Assembly: GCA_016872415.1 (NCBI GenBank)
Contig: VGZX01000002.1
Span: forward strand, 19,447 to 83,446
Direction of reading: 5' to 3'
Origin: SAR202 cluster bacterium
GTDB lineage: Bacteria; Chloroflexota; Dehalococcoidia; Lucifugimonadales; Australimonadaceae
Length of the DNA: 64,000 bases
Program-made: the position numbers and the translations under genes
In this document: piece after piece, positions 8,793 through 21,715 of the stretch
Position numbering within the stretch: position 1 is the first letter of the stretch
Layout of the letters: every line of letters begins with the position of its first letter
Notes under the pieces: generated by a model
Database searches by the model: none
Seen by the model: the letters and a program-made list of their open reading frames with translations, nothing else
What the model was told of the DNA's origin: nothing

Positions 8793-8932
8793 GCTGATCG
8801 ACATTCGTGGTTTCGCGCTAACGCCTACAACCGCACGTACTCAGCCATCCCCTCCGGGGCACAGCAGTCACACATGCAACAACAGGTGTTGGCGCGCATC
8901 GCGACCTATTATGCCAGCGTGGGCGGAATCCG

Positions 8933-10066
8933 TCAACCGGTGGTGAGGCCGTGCGATGGGAAAACGAGCCTCCGCAGCTCCTCGACCTGCTGGCGGGCGA
9001 ACCGCCGCGTCTGGTCCACGATGTCCGGGTCGATGTCGGCGTCGGCGTCGCGTAAGCGCTCGCTGGTCAGGAAGGCGTCCGCGCCGGCCGGCAGCTCGTC
9101 GGGCCATTCGCGGCCAAGCATCACGCCGTAGGCCATGGTCCAGCAGCGAGCGACGACGTCAAGGTCGTAGCCGCCGCCGCCGAACGCGAGCCACGGCAGG
9201 CCCAGGCCCGCGAAGTAACGCACGAGGTCGATGTAGTCCCGGCTCGTGAGCGCCAGGTGCGAGAGCGGGTCGCGGCCGTGCGCGTCGACGCCGAGTTGGG
9301 TCGCGATCACGTCCGGCGCGAATGCGCGGAGCAGGGGCGGCACCACGGCGTCGAACGCCTCGCGGTACACGGCGTCGCCGGTGTAGGGGAACAACGGCAG
9401 GTTCACCGAGAAGCCCCTACCCGCGCCCTCGCCAAGCTCGGCGACCTCGCCGGTGCCGGGGAAGAGGTAGCGCCCCGACTCATGCAGGGAGATGGTGAGC
9501 ACATGAGGGTCATCGTAGTAGGCGGCTTGCACGCCGTCGCCGTGGTGGGCGTCGATGTCGATGTAGGCCACGCGCAGCCCGCGCCGGCGCAACACGTTGA
9601 TGGCGACGACGGCGTCGTTGAATATGCAGAAGCCCGACGCGCGCCCGGCGGCGGCATGGTGCAGCCCGCCGGCCGGCGCGAATGCGACGCGCGCAAACTT
9701 GTCGGCGACCAGCTCGGCCGCGCGCACCGAGGCGCCGCACGCCAGCAGCGCGGCCTCGTACATGCCGGGATAGACGGGATTGTCGCCGAATTTGGCGAAC
9801 CCATGGCGCTCCGCATCCCTGGTGGATGCACCGTTGCTGTAGGCGCGCACGGCCTCAACGTAATCGCGCTCGTGGAACGACAACAGCTCTTCCTCGGTGG
9901 CGGGCCGAGGCTGGATGAGCCGCGACGCGCCGCCGTCGAACGCGCCGTATGCCTTGGCGAGGGCATAGGTGTATTGGAGCCGCACGGGCCGCATGGGGTG
10001 GCCTTCGCGCAAGACGTGTTGAGACATCCGCGGGTCATAGACGTAGGCGGCGAACTGGTCAGTCAC
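8933..10066 (-). CDS. Histone deacetylase-family protein (AcuC/acetoin utilization-like)
   Basis: Class I HDAC motifs: GGLHHA, FCIFND and DIDAHHGDGVQAAY. Confidence 0.85.
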   Translation of the reverse strand: MTDQFAAYVYDPRMSQHVLREGHPMRPVRLQYTYALAKAYGAFDGGASRLIQPRPATEEELLSFHERDYVEAVRAYSNGASTRDAERHGFAKFGDNPVYPGMYEAALLACGASVRAAELVADKFARVAFAPAGGLHHAAAGRASGFCIFNDAVVAINVLRRRGLRVAYIDIDAHHGDGVQAAYYDDPHVLTISLHESGRYLFPGTGEVAELGEGAGRGFSVNLPLFPYTGDAVYREAFDAVVPPLLRAFAPDVIATQLGVDAHGRDPLSHLALTSRDYIDLVRYFAGLGLPWLAFGGGGYDLDVVARCWTMAYGVMLGREWPDELPAGADAFLTSERLRDADADIDPDIVDQTRRFARQQVEELRRLVFPSHGLTTG

Positions 10067-10085
10067 GTGCGATCCCCTGGTTGGG

Positions 10086-11030
10086 TTAGAGCCAATCCCG
10101 CTTCCAGAAAAACGCGAGCATGCCGATGGAGAGCACGGCCATGCCCCCCACGATGGAGGCGAACGCGAACATGCTGCCTTGGCCGGGGAGCCCGACGTTC
10201 ATGCCATAGAGGCCGGTGATCACCGTGAGAGGCAGCATGATGCTGGCGAACAGGGTAAGCACGCGGATGACCTCGTTCGTATGCTCCGACGTCACGGCGG
10301 CGTGCGTTTCCTGCAGCCCTTCCGACACCTCTTTCAGCTCTTCCAGCTCGACCCAGATGCGGCGCATCTGGTCGGCCTGGTCGCCGAAGTAGACGCCGGA
10401 CTCCAGCTTGAGGAAGGGGAATTCCTTGTTCTCGAGCGTCTCCAGCACTTGTATCTGTGGGCGGACGACGCGCCGGTAAGAGAGGATGTCGCGACGCGCG
10501 ACGGCCAACTCTTGCAGCACGCCGCTGGTGCGCTCCAGCATCTGCGACTCCACGGTGTCGACGTTGGAGATGAGCTTGTTGAGGATAGGACCGCAATAGT
10601 CGACCAGGCGGTCGAGCAGCGTGTAGAGCAGGAAACCCGATCCGTGCCCCATCGCGTCTTTCCGTACCTCCGCGCTCACCAGGGCGTCTTGAAACAGCTT
10701 CGTGAGCGGGCGCAAATCGCCGCTGTGCACGCTGACGATGTAGGTGGGGCCGGCGAACACCGCGACCTGGCTTGGACGGGTGAGGCGCTGGCGGGCGTCG
10801 TAGAGGGGGAAGTGGAGCACCATGAAAACGTAGCTGGGGTATTCGTCCAGCTTGGGCAGCTGCACGCGCGAGCGGCAGTCGTCGAGGTCGAGCGGGTGGA
10901 ACGGGAAGTGGTTCTTCAGGTACTCCATCTCGGCGAGGCCGGGATGGCGCAGGTCATACCAGGCCAGGCCGCCATGCTCGACGACCTGGATGTTCAGCTG
11001 CTGGGTGCCGGTGACGTCGATGGTGGCCAC
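10086..11030 (-). CDS. corA: Magnesium/cobalt transporter CorA
   Basis: 314 aa. A cytoplasmic domain is followed by two C-terminal TM helices carrying the signature YGMNVGLPG (GMN motif). Confidence 0.9.
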   Translation of the reverse strand: MATIDVTGTQQLNIQVVEHGGLAWYDLRHPGLAEMEYLKNHFPFHPLDLDDCRSRVQLPKLDEYPSYVFMVLHFPLYDARQRLTRPSQVAVFAGPTYIVSVHSGDLRPLTKLFQDALVSAEVRKDAMGHGSGFLLYTLLDRLVDYCGPILNKLISNVDTVESQMLERTSGVLQELAVARRDILSYRRVVRPQIQVLETLENKEFPFLKLESGVYFGDQADQMRRIWVELEELKEVSEGLQETHAAVTSEHTNEVIRVLTLFASIMLPLTVITGLYGMNVGLPGQGSMFAFASIVGGMAVLSIGMLAFFWKRDWL

Positions 11031-11117
11031 GGCGTTTCCTACCTGTCCTGCTCATGGGGCAATTGTAGCATGGGGCTGGCCGCATCGCGCCGCGCGCCGC
11101 GACACGATCGAGGCGGT

Positions 11118-13415
11118 TCAGCCGCCCGCCGGGACCACGCCGCCGGTGAGGTCGCGGAGGAAACGTATCGCGACCTCCTTGTCTAGCGGCCGGTTGTTGT
11201 TGCCACACTTGGGAGACTGGATGCACGAGGGGCAACCGTCGGCGCATGGACACTCGCCGACCGTCGCCAGGGTGGCGGCCCACAGCTCGTCCACGATCTC
11301 GTAGCCGTGCTCGGCGATGCCGACGCCGCCGGGGTGGCCGTCGTAGATGAACACGGCGGGGCCGCCGGTGTCCGGGTGCATGGCGGTCGACACGCCGCCG
11401 ATGTCGTTGCGGTCGCAGAGGGCGAATAGCGGCAGCACGCCGATGGCGGCATGCTCCATGGCGTGCAACCCGCCGGCAAGGTCCTTGCGCTCGCGCAATG
11501 CCCAACGCAGCGTGTCGCGCGGCAGGTCGAACCAGACGGCGACCGTGCGAAACGGCCGCGCCGGCAAGTCCAGCGGCTCCTCGCCCATGTCCTCGTCGGC
11601 GTAGATGCCCTTGCGCTTGAAGCTGACGATGGCGCGGGAGACTTCCACCTCGCCGACGTGCACGGTCGCGCCCTGGATCTGCTTGCTGGCCTGCGAGGAG
11701 AGGACGCGGATGTCGGTGAGGTCGCGCGTCTCGGTGTAATAGGGCGCGTCGCTCTGCCGCAGGTAGGCGGTATGGCTCGCAAGGTCCAGGTGCTCCACGA
11801 CGTAACTCTCGCCCTGGTGAAGGTAGACGGCGCCGGTGTGCAGCTGACTGAACGCCGAGAACTCCTCGACGCGCTCCAAGATGCGCCCCGTGCCCGCCTC
11901 GACCGCGAAGTAATCGCTGCCCCACGCGGAGCGGATGTTGACCTGCCGCGCGGGGTAGCCGAAGGATGGCGACGGGTACCAGCGTTCGCCGTGCTGGCGC
12001 AGCTGGCCCGTGGCCTCGAGTCCGATGACCTCGGTCTTTAACGAAGGGCCGAAGAGGGCCGCGTCGGCTGGAGTCAGCGGCAGCTCGTACGCGGCGGCGG
12101 CCAGGTGCGGGCCGAGGACATGCGGGTTGTCCGGGCGCAGGCGCGCATGCTCGTGCGGACGCCCGAAGAAGAACTCCGGATGCCGCATGAGGAACTGGTC
12201 GAGCGGGTTATCCTGGGCTATCAGCACGCTCAATGATTCGGCTCCGCACCGCCCGCTGCGTCCCGCCTGCTGCCAGGTGCTCGCAACGCTGCCGGGATAG
12301 CCGGTGAGCAGCGTCGCGTCGAGGTCGCCGATGTCGATGCCCAGCTCCAGCGCGTTCGTCGCGACGACCCCCAGCAAGCGGCCGTCGGCCAGGCCGCGCT
12401 CGACGGCCCGGCGGTCCTCCGGCAGATAGGTCGCGCGGTAGGGGCGCACGCGCTCCGCGAGGCCCACGGAGGTCTCGCGCAGGCGGTCGCGCACGTTGCG
12501 ATACACCAGTTCGGCTTGCCTCCTGGTGCGGACGAAGGCCAGGGTACGCACATCGCGCTTCAGCAGCATCTCCATCAGCTGCGCCGCTTCGCCGCCGGCG
12601 CCCGCGCGCTTCTGGCGCTCGTCGCCGACCAGGGGAGGGTTCCAGAACACGAAGTGCTTCGCGCCGTGTGGCGCGCCGTCCTCGTCCACCACGTCGTGCG
12701 GCTTTCCCGTGAGGCGCTCGGCGAGGTCGCCCGCGTTCGCCACCGTGGCCGAGCTGCAGATGAAGCGCGGGTGGGCGCCGTGGCGGGCGCAGACCCGGCG
12801 CAGACGCCGCAGCACGTTGGCAACGTGCGAGCCGAAGATGCCGCGATAGACATGCGCCTCGTCGACGACGATGTAGCGCAGGCCGCCCAGGAACCGCGAC
12901 CAGGCCGGGTGATTCGGCAGGATGCCAATGTGCAGCATGTCGGGGTTGGTGAGCACCACCTGCCCGCTCCGGCGGATGCCCGCACGGTCGGCGTGCGGGG
13001 TGTCGCCGTCGAAAATGGTGACGCGCGGACGAAGCTCGTCCGGCAGCAGCGCTTGGAGGCTCCACAACTGGTCTTGGGCGAGGGCCTTGGTGGGGAATAG
13101 GTAGAGCGCCCGTGAACCGAGGTCGTCGAGCAGGGCTTGGATCACCGGCACGTTGTAACAAAGGCTCTTGCCGCTGGCGGCGGGCGTCACGACGGCCACA
13201 TCGCGTCCGTCGAGCACCAGGTCGATCGCCGTGGCCTGGTGTTTATACAGCGGCAGCAGGCCTCGCGCGCGCAACGCCTGGTCCAAACGGGGGTGCAGGC
13301 CATGGCGGAGCGCGCCACGCTCCGCCTCCTTCGCGGGCAGGTATTGGACGTGGGCCACGCGCTCCTTGAGGTTCGGAGCGGCGCGGAGGTGGTTGACGAA
13401 CAGGTCGGCGCGCAT
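11118..13415 (-). CDS. DEAD/DEAH-box helicase with C-terminal DUF1998 zinc domain (YprA/MrfA-like)
   Basis: Walker A PAASGKS, the DEAH box VVDEAH, and helicase C motifs (TNALELGIDIG, QQAGRSGR). The C-terminal four-Cys cluster is CPCADGCPSCIQSPKCGNNNRPLDK. Confidence 0.85.
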   Translation of the reverse strand: MRADLFVNHLRAAPNLKERVAHVQYLPAKEAERGALRHGLHPRLDQALRARGLLPLYKHQATAIDLVLDGRDVAVVTPAASGKSLCYNVPVIQALLDDLGSRALYLFPTKALAQDQLWSLQALLPDELRPRVTIFDGDTPHADRAGIRRSGQVVLTNPDMLHIGILPNHPAWSRFLGGLRYIVVDEAHVYRGIFGSHVANVLRRLRRVCARHGAHPRFICSSATVANAGDLAERLTGKPHDVVDEDGAPHGAKHFVFWNPPLVGDERQKRAGAGGEAAQLMEMLLKRDVRTLAFVRTRRQAELVYRNVRDRLRETSVGLAERVRPYRATYLPEDRRAVERGLADGRLLGVVATNALELGIDIGDLDATLLTGYPGSVASTWQQAGRSGRCGAESLSVLIAQDNPLDQFLMRHPEFFFGRPHEHARLRPDNPHVLGPHLAAAAYELPLTPADAALFGPSLKTEVIGLEATGQLRQHGERWYPSPSFGYPARQVNIRSAWGSDYFAVEAGTGRILERVEEFSAFSQLHTGAVYLHQGESYVVEHLDLASHTAYLRQSDAPYYTETRDLTDIRVLSSQASKQIQGATVHVGEVEVSRAIVSFKRKGIYADEDMGEEPLDLPARPFRTVAVWFDLPRDTLRWALRERKDLAGGLHAMEHAAIGVLPLFALCDRNDIGGVSTAMHPDTGGPAVFIYDGHPGGVGIAEHGYEIVDELWAATLATVGECPCADGCPSCIQSPKCGNNNRPLDKEVAIRFLRDLTGGVVPAGG

Positions 13416-13416
13416 G

Positions 13417-13710
13417 CTAGAGGACTTCCATCACTTCGCGCTCGACCTCGATCAGCTCGGCGTCGACGTGCTGCGCGTATACGAATTTGACGATAGCGTC
13501 GAGTTGCTCGCCCACGTAGGCGCTGTTGCCGCTGGCGCACGCGATACCGAGCACGAGCGTTTGGTGGCGGTCGATGGCATCCACCTCGGCGATGGAGCCG
13601 TTGAAGCGCCGGCGCACGCGGCCGATCAAGGACTGCGCCACCTGGCGCTTACCCTTGAGCGAATCATCACACTCCAGATGGAAGGTGAGGCGGCACACGC
13701 CTATGTGCAT
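13417..13710 (-). CDS. DUF503 (YlxP-like) protein
   Basis: 97 aa: MHIGVCRLTFHLECDDSLKGKRQVAQSLIGRVRRRFNGSIAEVD..., the typical DUF503 pattern. GGAGG lies 6 nt upstream. The stop abuts the helicase start. Confidence 0.75.
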   Translation of the reverse strand: MHIGVCRLTFHLECDDSLKGKRQVAQSLIGRVRRRFNGSIAEVDAIDRHQTLVLGIACASGNSAYVGEQLDAIVKFVYAQHVDAELIEVEREVMEVL

Positions 13711-13905
13711 GGCGATCCTCCAAGGCGCGGCGATGCCGTCGGCATGCCGTCACTATAGCATCGAAGGAGGCGTCCGCCGCCGCCGGCGGGATGGCGCGTT
13801 TGTTGACGTCGCAAGCGTCCGTTGACTACTATCTGCATGGTAGCCGCATCGCCGTCCCGTCGCGTGGGGCGTCCGATCCACGAACCTCGCTAATCGAGCC
13901 CATTC

Positions 13906-14541
13906 ATGGCAGCTTCGCAAGACGTCCCCGAGGTCGTCATCGAGCGATTGCCGCAATACTTGCGGGCGCTCACATCGCTCCTCAGTAACGGCGTCGAGGT
14001 CATTAGCTCGCAGCAGCTCGGCGAGCAATTGCAAGTCACCCCGGCGCAGATCCGCAAGGACCTCAGCTATTTTGGCAGGTTCGGGAAGCAGGGCCGCGGC
14101 TACAGTATCCGCCACCTGGTGGACCGGCTGCGGCACATCTTGGCGCTCGACCAGACGTGGAACGTGGCCGTGGTGGGCGTGGGCCGGCTCGGACGCGCCA
14201 TCATCGGGTATCCCGGCTTCCAGTCGGAGGGTTTCCGCATCGTTTGCGCCTTCGATTCGGACCCGCGCTTGGTGGGGCAGCTGGCGGGCGGGCTGATGAT
14301 CCACCACATGTCGCACTTCAAGGAAGTGATCGAGCGCGAGCAGGTGCGAATCGCCATCGTGGCGGTGCCGGCGACCCACGCGCAAGGCGTGATCGACGCG
14401 GTGGTGGAGGCCGGCATCAAGGTCGTGCTCAACTACGCGCCGACGCCCACGCACGCGCCGCGCGGGGTACACGTCCGCGCCGTCGACCCGGTGCTGGCGC
14501 TACAGTCGATGACGTATTACCTGCGGAACGCGCGCGACTAG
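13906..14541 (+). CDS. rex: Redox-sensing transcriptional repressor Rex
   Basis: A winged helix (RLPQYLRALTSLLSNGVEVISSQQLGEQLQVTPAQIRKDLSYFGRFGKQGRGYSI) is followed by a Rossmann fold (VAVVGVGRLGRAI). Confidence 0.9.
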   Translation: MAASQDVPEVVIERLPQYLRALTSLLSNGVEVISSQQLGEQLQVTPAQIRKDLSYFGRFGKQGRGYSIRHLVDRLRHILALDQTWNVAVVGVGRLGRAIIGYPGFQSEGFRIVCAFDSDPRLVGQLAGGLMIHHMSHFKEVIEREQVRIAIVAVPATHAQGVIDAVVEAGIKVVLNYAPTPTHAPRGVHVRAVDPVLALQSMTYYLRNARD

Positions 14542-14580
14542 GCCGCCGCTTCGCCGCGTGGCCATCTGGGCGCGAACGCA

Positions 14581-14604
14581 GGGCCCCGCCGCATGGCGGG
14601 GCCC
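14581..14604. terminator. Shared stem-loop between convergent rex and atpC
   Basis: A perfect 10-bp GC stem, GGGCCCCGCC (14581-14590) paired with GGCGGGGCCC (14595-14604), with loop GCAT. It lies between the two stop codons at 14541 and 14637. Confidence 0.6.
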
Positions 14605-14636
14605 CGTTTCGACTTCGCATGAACCGGCGCTTCGAA

Positions 14637-15089
14637 CTAGGACGGACGGCTCGTCGAGCTGGGCCCCGACGGGATCGTCGGTGGACGGCGGTGCCGGCGG
14701 ACGGCGGACACCCGCAGCTGAGCGCGGCGCAGCGCATGGAGCTCTTGCTCCAGCTCGATGTCCTCGGCGCGGCTGGCGATGCGCTCTTGAGTTCGGCGCA
14801 TGGCCTCCAGCGCGCGGGCCTCGTCGATCTCCTCGACGCGCTCGGCGGCGTCGGCGAGCACGATCACATGCCCGCCGGTGACTTCCATGAATCCGCCGCT
14901 GACGGTGAGGTAGTCCTCGCGGGTGCCCACCCGGTAGCGCAACTCGCCCTCTTGCAGCATCGTCATCAGCGCCGCGTGATGCGGCAGTATGCCAAGCTCG
15001 CCCTCCGTGCCGGGCGCGACGAGGGCGTCCACCTGCCCATCGAAGAGCAGGCGTTCGGCCGTGATGATCTCAAGGCGCATCGTAGCCAT
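14637..15089 (-). CDS. atpC: F1 ATP synthase epsilon subunit
   Basis: Only the last 150 codons of ORF 14637-16352 are the gene: MATMRLEIITAERLLFDGQVDALVAPGTEGELGILPHHAALMT... The ATG is at 15089, 15 nt after the atpD stop. Confidence 0.9.
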   Translation of the reverse strand: MATMRLEIITAERLLFDGQVDALVAPGTEGELGILPHHAALMTMLQEGELRYRVGTREDYLTVSGGFMEVTGGHVIVLADAAERVEEIDEARALEAMRRTQERIASRAEDIELEQELHALRRAQLRVSAVRRHRRPPTIPSGPSSTSRPS

Positions 15090-15103
15090 GGGTAGCCCCT
15101 GCC

Positions 15104-16540
<1,437 letters not shown>

Positions 16541-16585
16541 CTAGGCTCGCGGCCCAAAACGGATAAGACGGCGGGGCTGCTCGGG

Positions 16586-17455
16586 CTAGCCTTCCAACGC
16601 GGCCACGCCGCCGACAATGTCCAACAACTCTTTCGTGATCGAGTCCTGCCGCGCCTTGTTCAGCTGGAGCGTTAGCTCATCGACCATGTCGTTCGCGGCC
16701 TCGGTCGCGTTACGCATGGCGACCATCCGCGCCGACTGCTCGCTCGCGATGCTTTCGAGTATGGCTGCATAGAAGGTCACTTCGAGGAATCGCGGCGCGA
16801 GCGCGCCCAGCACGGTGCTTGCGCTCGGCTCGTAGATGTATTCCGTGGCGGAGCCGGGGTTCGTCGCGGCCAGCGCGCCGACGTCGACGGGCAGCACGCG
16901 CGTGACCGCGGGCTCCTGGGTGATGGTGTTGACGAAGCGGGTGTAGGCGAGGAACACCTCGTCGACCTCGCCCTCGCGAAACATGCGCTCCGCGAGGTGG
17001 GTGATGGCGATGGTGTCGACCAGCGATGGGCGGTCGCCGAGGTCGGTGAACGTCGCCTTCACGTCGCGGCCCGCGCGCACCATGAAATCGCGGCCCTTCT
17101 TGCCGATGGTGATGAGCGACACCGGCACGGGCGAGCGCAGGACGTGGAGCGCCGTCGCACGGTTGATGTTGCCCGGCAACCCGCCGCACAAGCCGCGGTC
17201 GGGCGTGATTTCGACGATGAGCGAGCGCTGGACGGGCCGCTGCGTGAGCAACGGGTGCAGCGTTTCGCCGGGCGGCGCTTGCCGCGTGAGATCGGCCATG
17301 ACGGTCCGCAGACGCTCGGCATAGGGGCGCGTGGCCGCGACACGCTCTTGGGAGCGGCGTGTCTTGGATGCGGCCACCATTTGCATTGCACGCGTCACCC
17401 GCGCCGTGTTCTTCACGCTGCGGATACGCTGACGGATTTGCCGTACGCTGGCCAC
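16586..17455 (-). CDS. atpG: F1 ATP synthase gamma subunit
   Basis: 289 aa: MASVRQIRQRIRSVKNTARVTRAMQMVAASK... with C-terminal NKARQDSITKELLDIVGG. Confidence 0.93.
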   Translation of the reverse strand: MASVRQIRQRIRSVKNTARVTRAMQMVAASKTRRSQERVAATRPYAERLRTVMADLTRQAPPGETLHPLLTQRPVQRSLIVEITPDRGLCGGLPGNINRATALHVLRSPVPVSLITIGKKGRDFMVRAGRDVKATFTDLGDRPSLVDTIAITHLAERMFREGEVDEVFLAYTRFVNTITQEPAVTRVLPVDVGALAATNPGSATEYIYEPSASTVLGALAPRFLEVTFYAAILESIASEQSARMVAMRNATEAANDMVDELTLQLNKARQDSITKELLDIVGGVAALEG

Positions 17456-17476
17456 GGTTACCTCAACTCTCCGGGG

Positions 17477-18985
<1,509 letters not shown>

Positions 18986-19011
18986 TCCACGTCCTCCATG
19001 TCCGCGAGGGG

Positions 19012-19554
19012 CTAGGTCAGCGAGCCTTCGGCAAGGCGCTGCTTCAAGCGTTGCAGCTTGGTCCGCACGCTGCCGTCGATCACCTGGTCCCCGATCCGCA
19101 CGACGACTCCGCCGATGATGCTGTCGTCCACGCGGGCTTCCAGCACCACGTCTTTCTCGAACAGGTCACGCAGCCGTCGTCGCAGCTGCTCTTGCTGGGG
19201 CTTAGTCAGCGTCACGGCGCTCGTCGCGGTCGCTTGCAGGCGCCCCAGGTGGGCATTCAGCATCTCCCCGTAGGCGAGCGTGACGTCGGGCAGCAGCGTT
19301 ATCGCCCGCCTCGTGGCGAGCAGGCCCAGGAACTTCACGACCGTCGCGTCCGCGCCCGGCGCCAACTCAGCCGCCGCCTGCTGCTTGCGGCCAAGGGGCA
19401 CGTTGGGCAGATTGAAATAGAAGCGCACGGTGGGGTCGTCGAGCGCCTTGGCCACGCCGCGCAGCGCGTCCATCCACCGCTCGACCGCGTGCTGCCCCAA
19501 GGCCAAGTCGAACAACGCCTGGGCATAGCGCTTGGCGGTTGGACGCTTCGCCAC
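19012..19554 (-). CDS. atpH: F1 ATP synthase delta (OSCP) subunit
   Basis: 180 aa: [12 protein letters not shown]... with C-terminal [20 protein letters not shown]. It occupies the position between atpF and atpA. Confidence 0.88.
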   Translation of the reverse strand: MAKRPTAKRYAQALFDLALGQHAVERWMDALRGVAKALDDPTVRFYFNLPNVPLGRKQQAAAELAPGADATVVKFLGLLATRRAITLLPDVTLAYGEMLNAHLGRLQATATSAVTLTKPQQEQLRRRLRDLFEKDVVLEARVDDSIIGGVVVRIGDQVIDGSVRTKLQRLKQRLAEGSLT

Positions 19555-19555
19555 G

Positions 19556-20101
19556 TTATCCCCCGCGCCGCGCCGGCTGCCCGCCGTCCGTCAGTACCTC
19601 GTCGATGAGCTGACGGTGGGTCTGGGTGTCCAGCGACTTGTGAATGATGCGCCCCGCGGCGATGACGGCAAGGCCGGCGAATTCGCGGCGCACCTGCTCC
19701 ACCGCGGCATCACGCTCCCGTTGTATCTCGCCGCGAGCGCGCTCCATCAGGGCATCCGCCTCGGCACGGGCCTGGGCGGCCTGCTCTTGACGGTAGCGCT
19801 CGGCGGCGGCCTGCGCCTGGGCCAGCATGCGCTGGGCTTCGACGCGGCTTTCGTCGAGCGCGCGTTGCATCTCGATCTGGCGCTGCTCCGACTCGCGCCG
19901 CACGCGCTCGGCCTGTTCCAGGCTGTCCTTGATGCGGTTGGAGCGTTGGTCCAGCATCGCCAGCAGGGGCTTGTAGGCGAACAGCGACAGCACGACGACG
20001 AGCAGCCCGAAAGTGACCAGGTAGGCGATGATGCTGCCCAGGTCGAACCCCAGCGCGCCGATGCCGGTCGCTTCCTCGACCAAAAGAGGTGCTGCTAGCA
20101 C
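19556..20101 (-). CDS. atpF: Fo ATP synthase b subunit
   Basis: A single N-terminal TM helix is followed by a long charged coiled coil (YKPLLAMLDQRSNRIKDSLEQAE...). GTG start with GGAGG 8 nt upstream. Confidence 0.88.
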   Translation of the reverse strand: MLAAPLLVEEATGIGALGFDLGSIIAYLVTFGLLVVVLSLFAYKPLLAMLDQRSNRIKDSLEQAERVRRESEQRQIEMQRALDESRVEAQRMLAQAQAAAERYRQEQAAQARAEADALMERARGEIQRERDAAVEQVRREFAGLAVIAAGRIIHKSLDTQTHRQLIDEVLTDGGQPARRGG

Positions 20102-20143
20102 GTCAGCAGCCTCCTTTCACGTGTTCCAAAGCTGTTTCCGTTT

Positions 20144-20434
20144 CTAGGCCACGAAGATGAGCAGGATGGCCGTGACCAGCGCGTAGATGCCGATGGCCTC
20201 GGTGAAGGCCAGGGCCAACACCATGTTCGGCGCGATCGCGGTGCGGGCCTCCGGGTTGCGGCCGAGGGCGTTCATCGCGCTGGCGCCGAGGATGCCAAGG
20301 CCGATACCGACGCCTGCCAGGGACAAGCCGGCCAAACCCACGGCCAAGAACTTGAAAGCGTTGGCGCTAAACGCACCGGCCGCGGCCACCTCTTCGGTCA
20401 CCGCCTGCGCTCCGACAAGCAGCGCGTCGATCAT
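20144..20434 (-). CDS. atpE: Fo ATP synthase c subunit (with about 20-aa N-terminal extension)
   Basis: A helical hairpin with the loop GRNPEA and the carboxylate in AFTEAIGIYALV (E followed by A, the proton type). AGGAGGA lies 8 nt upstream of ATG 20434, which supports the extended N-terminus. Confidence 0.92.
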   Translation of the reverse strand: MIDALLVGAQAVTEEVAAAGAFSANAFKFLAVGLAGLSLAGVGIGLGILGASAMNALGRNPEARTAIAPNMVLALAFTEAIGIYALVTAILLIFVA

Positions 20435-20512
20435 GTGAGCACTCCTCCTGGTAAGTTCACCGTTGTTCTCTAACTAACGCGCTCCGGTGCGTGCACCGCA
20501 GCATGTAGTCGC

Positions 20513-21442
20513 CTAGGCAACGATTCCACCCGCTTGATGCTGGGGAGCCACGGCCGCGTGAGTCGTTTGCACCGCATGGCCGCCTGGCTCGTCCTCATGG
20601 CCTTCCTGGTGCGAGACCGCCATGAACGTGAAGACCAGCGTGAGGCCGGTGAAGATGAGGGCCTGCACCCCGCCCACCAACAGTTCCAACATGTAGAACA
20701 CGATGGGCGCGGTGAACACCGTGAGGAAGGTGACCATGAAGAGGACGATTTCACCGGCCAGCATGTTGCCGAAGAGACGGAAGGTGAAGCTGACGATGCG
20801 GATGAAGTGGCTGAGCAGCTCGATCAGGCCGATGGGGCCCTGGATCGGGTGCAGCCGGAAAAACTCCTTGAGATACCCGAACCCGTGGGCCTTGAAGCCC
20901 CAGAACTCGATGAAGAGGAAGGCGACGATCGCCAGTGACAGCGGCATGTTGACGTCGGTGCCGGCGGACCGCAGCAGGTGCGTCGTCACGTGGTCGGAGC
21001 CCTCGGCCTTGAAGCCGACGCTGGGATAGATGGGCAGGAGCGCCATCCAGGCGTTGAACGCGACGAAGAGGAAGATGGTGGCGAGGATCGGGAAGAAGCG
21101 TCGCGCGAGCTTCTCGCCGGCGACGCTCGACATGAAGCCGAAAAGCGCCTCGATGAACATTTCGAGGATGCCTTGCAGGCGCCCGGGGATGAAGTTGACT
21201 TTGCGCGTGCCGCCGACGAACAGGACGACGATCACGATGGTCGTCAGCCAGGCCGACAGCAGCGTGTTCGTGACGGCGAAGGCGCCGACGTGGAACACCG
21301 GCTGCGGGGCCAGGTGCACCTCGGGTTGGGGGACGAACGGGTCTCGCCCAAAAAGCGCGGCGCCGATCGCGCCAATCGCGAGCCCCACCAGCAACAGGAC
21401 GCCGGCCAGCCCGGCGATCGGCAATAGCACGCGTGAATTCAA
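20513..21442 (-). CDS. atpB: Fo ATP synthase a subunit
   Basis: A polytopic protein with the conserved Arg region SFTFRLFGNMLAGE. Confidence 0.92.
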   Translation of the reverse strand: MNSRVLLPIAGLAGVLLLVGLAIGAIGAALFGRDPFVPQPEVHLAPQPVFHVGAFAVTNTLLSAWLTTIVIVVLFVGGTRKVNFIPGRLQGILEMFIEALFGFMSSVAGEKLARRFFPILATIFLFVAFNAWMALLPIYPSVGFKAEGSDHVTTHLLRSAGTDVNMPLSLAIVAFLFIEFWGFKAHGFGYLKEFFRLHPIQGPIGLIELLSHFIRIVSFTFRLFGNMLAGEIVLFMVTFLTVFTAPIVFYMLELLVGGVQALIFTGLTLVFTFMAVSHQEGHEDEPGGHAVQTTHAAVAPQHQAGGIVA

Positions 21443-21451
21443 GTCTTGCCC

Positions 21452-21682
21452 CTAGCGCTTGTTGTCACGCTGACCGGCGATGAACGGCGCCATCATCCGA
21501 TAGGTGCCGTAGAACGCCACCACCAACCCAGCGAACAGGCCCCCCAGCAAAAGCAGCGGTGATGTTCCCAGTCGCCTATCCAACCACACTCCGGCGAATG
21601 TACCGATGAGAATGGCCGTTACGATGTACCAGCCGATGCCGGTGAACACGAGGCCCGTGACCCACCACGGTCGGCTGTTCAT
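21452..21682 (-). CDS. AtpZ/AtpI-type small membrane protein preceding the atp genes
   Basis: 76 aa from ATG 21682 (GAGGCGAGG immediately upstream). It has two TM helices (WWVTGLVFTGIGWYIVTAILIGTFAGVWLDRRLG...). It is the first gene of the operon. Confidence 0.7.
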   Translation of the reverse strand: MNSRPWWVTGLVFTGIGWYIVTAILIGTFAGVWLDRRLGTSPLLLLGGLFAGLVVAFYGTYRMMAPFIAGQRDNKR

Positions 21683-21697
21683 GCCTCGCCTCAACGA

Positions 21698-21715
21698 TAG
21701 TGAACATTATCACAA
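21698..21715 (-). promoter_or_regulatory. Candidate Rex operator overlapping the atp -10 box
   Basis: The minus-strand sequence TTGTGATaatgTTCACTA matches the Rex consensus TTGTGAA-N4-TTCACAA at 12 of 14 defined positions. The -10 hexamer TAATGT is embedded in it. Confidence 0.5.

Noticed and set aside
13797-13815. TTGTTGAcgtcGCAAGC upstream of rex as an autoregulatory Rex box.
   Set aside because: The left half matches the consensus at only 5 of 7 positions and the right half at about 1 of 7. This is much weaker than the atp and guaB3 sites.
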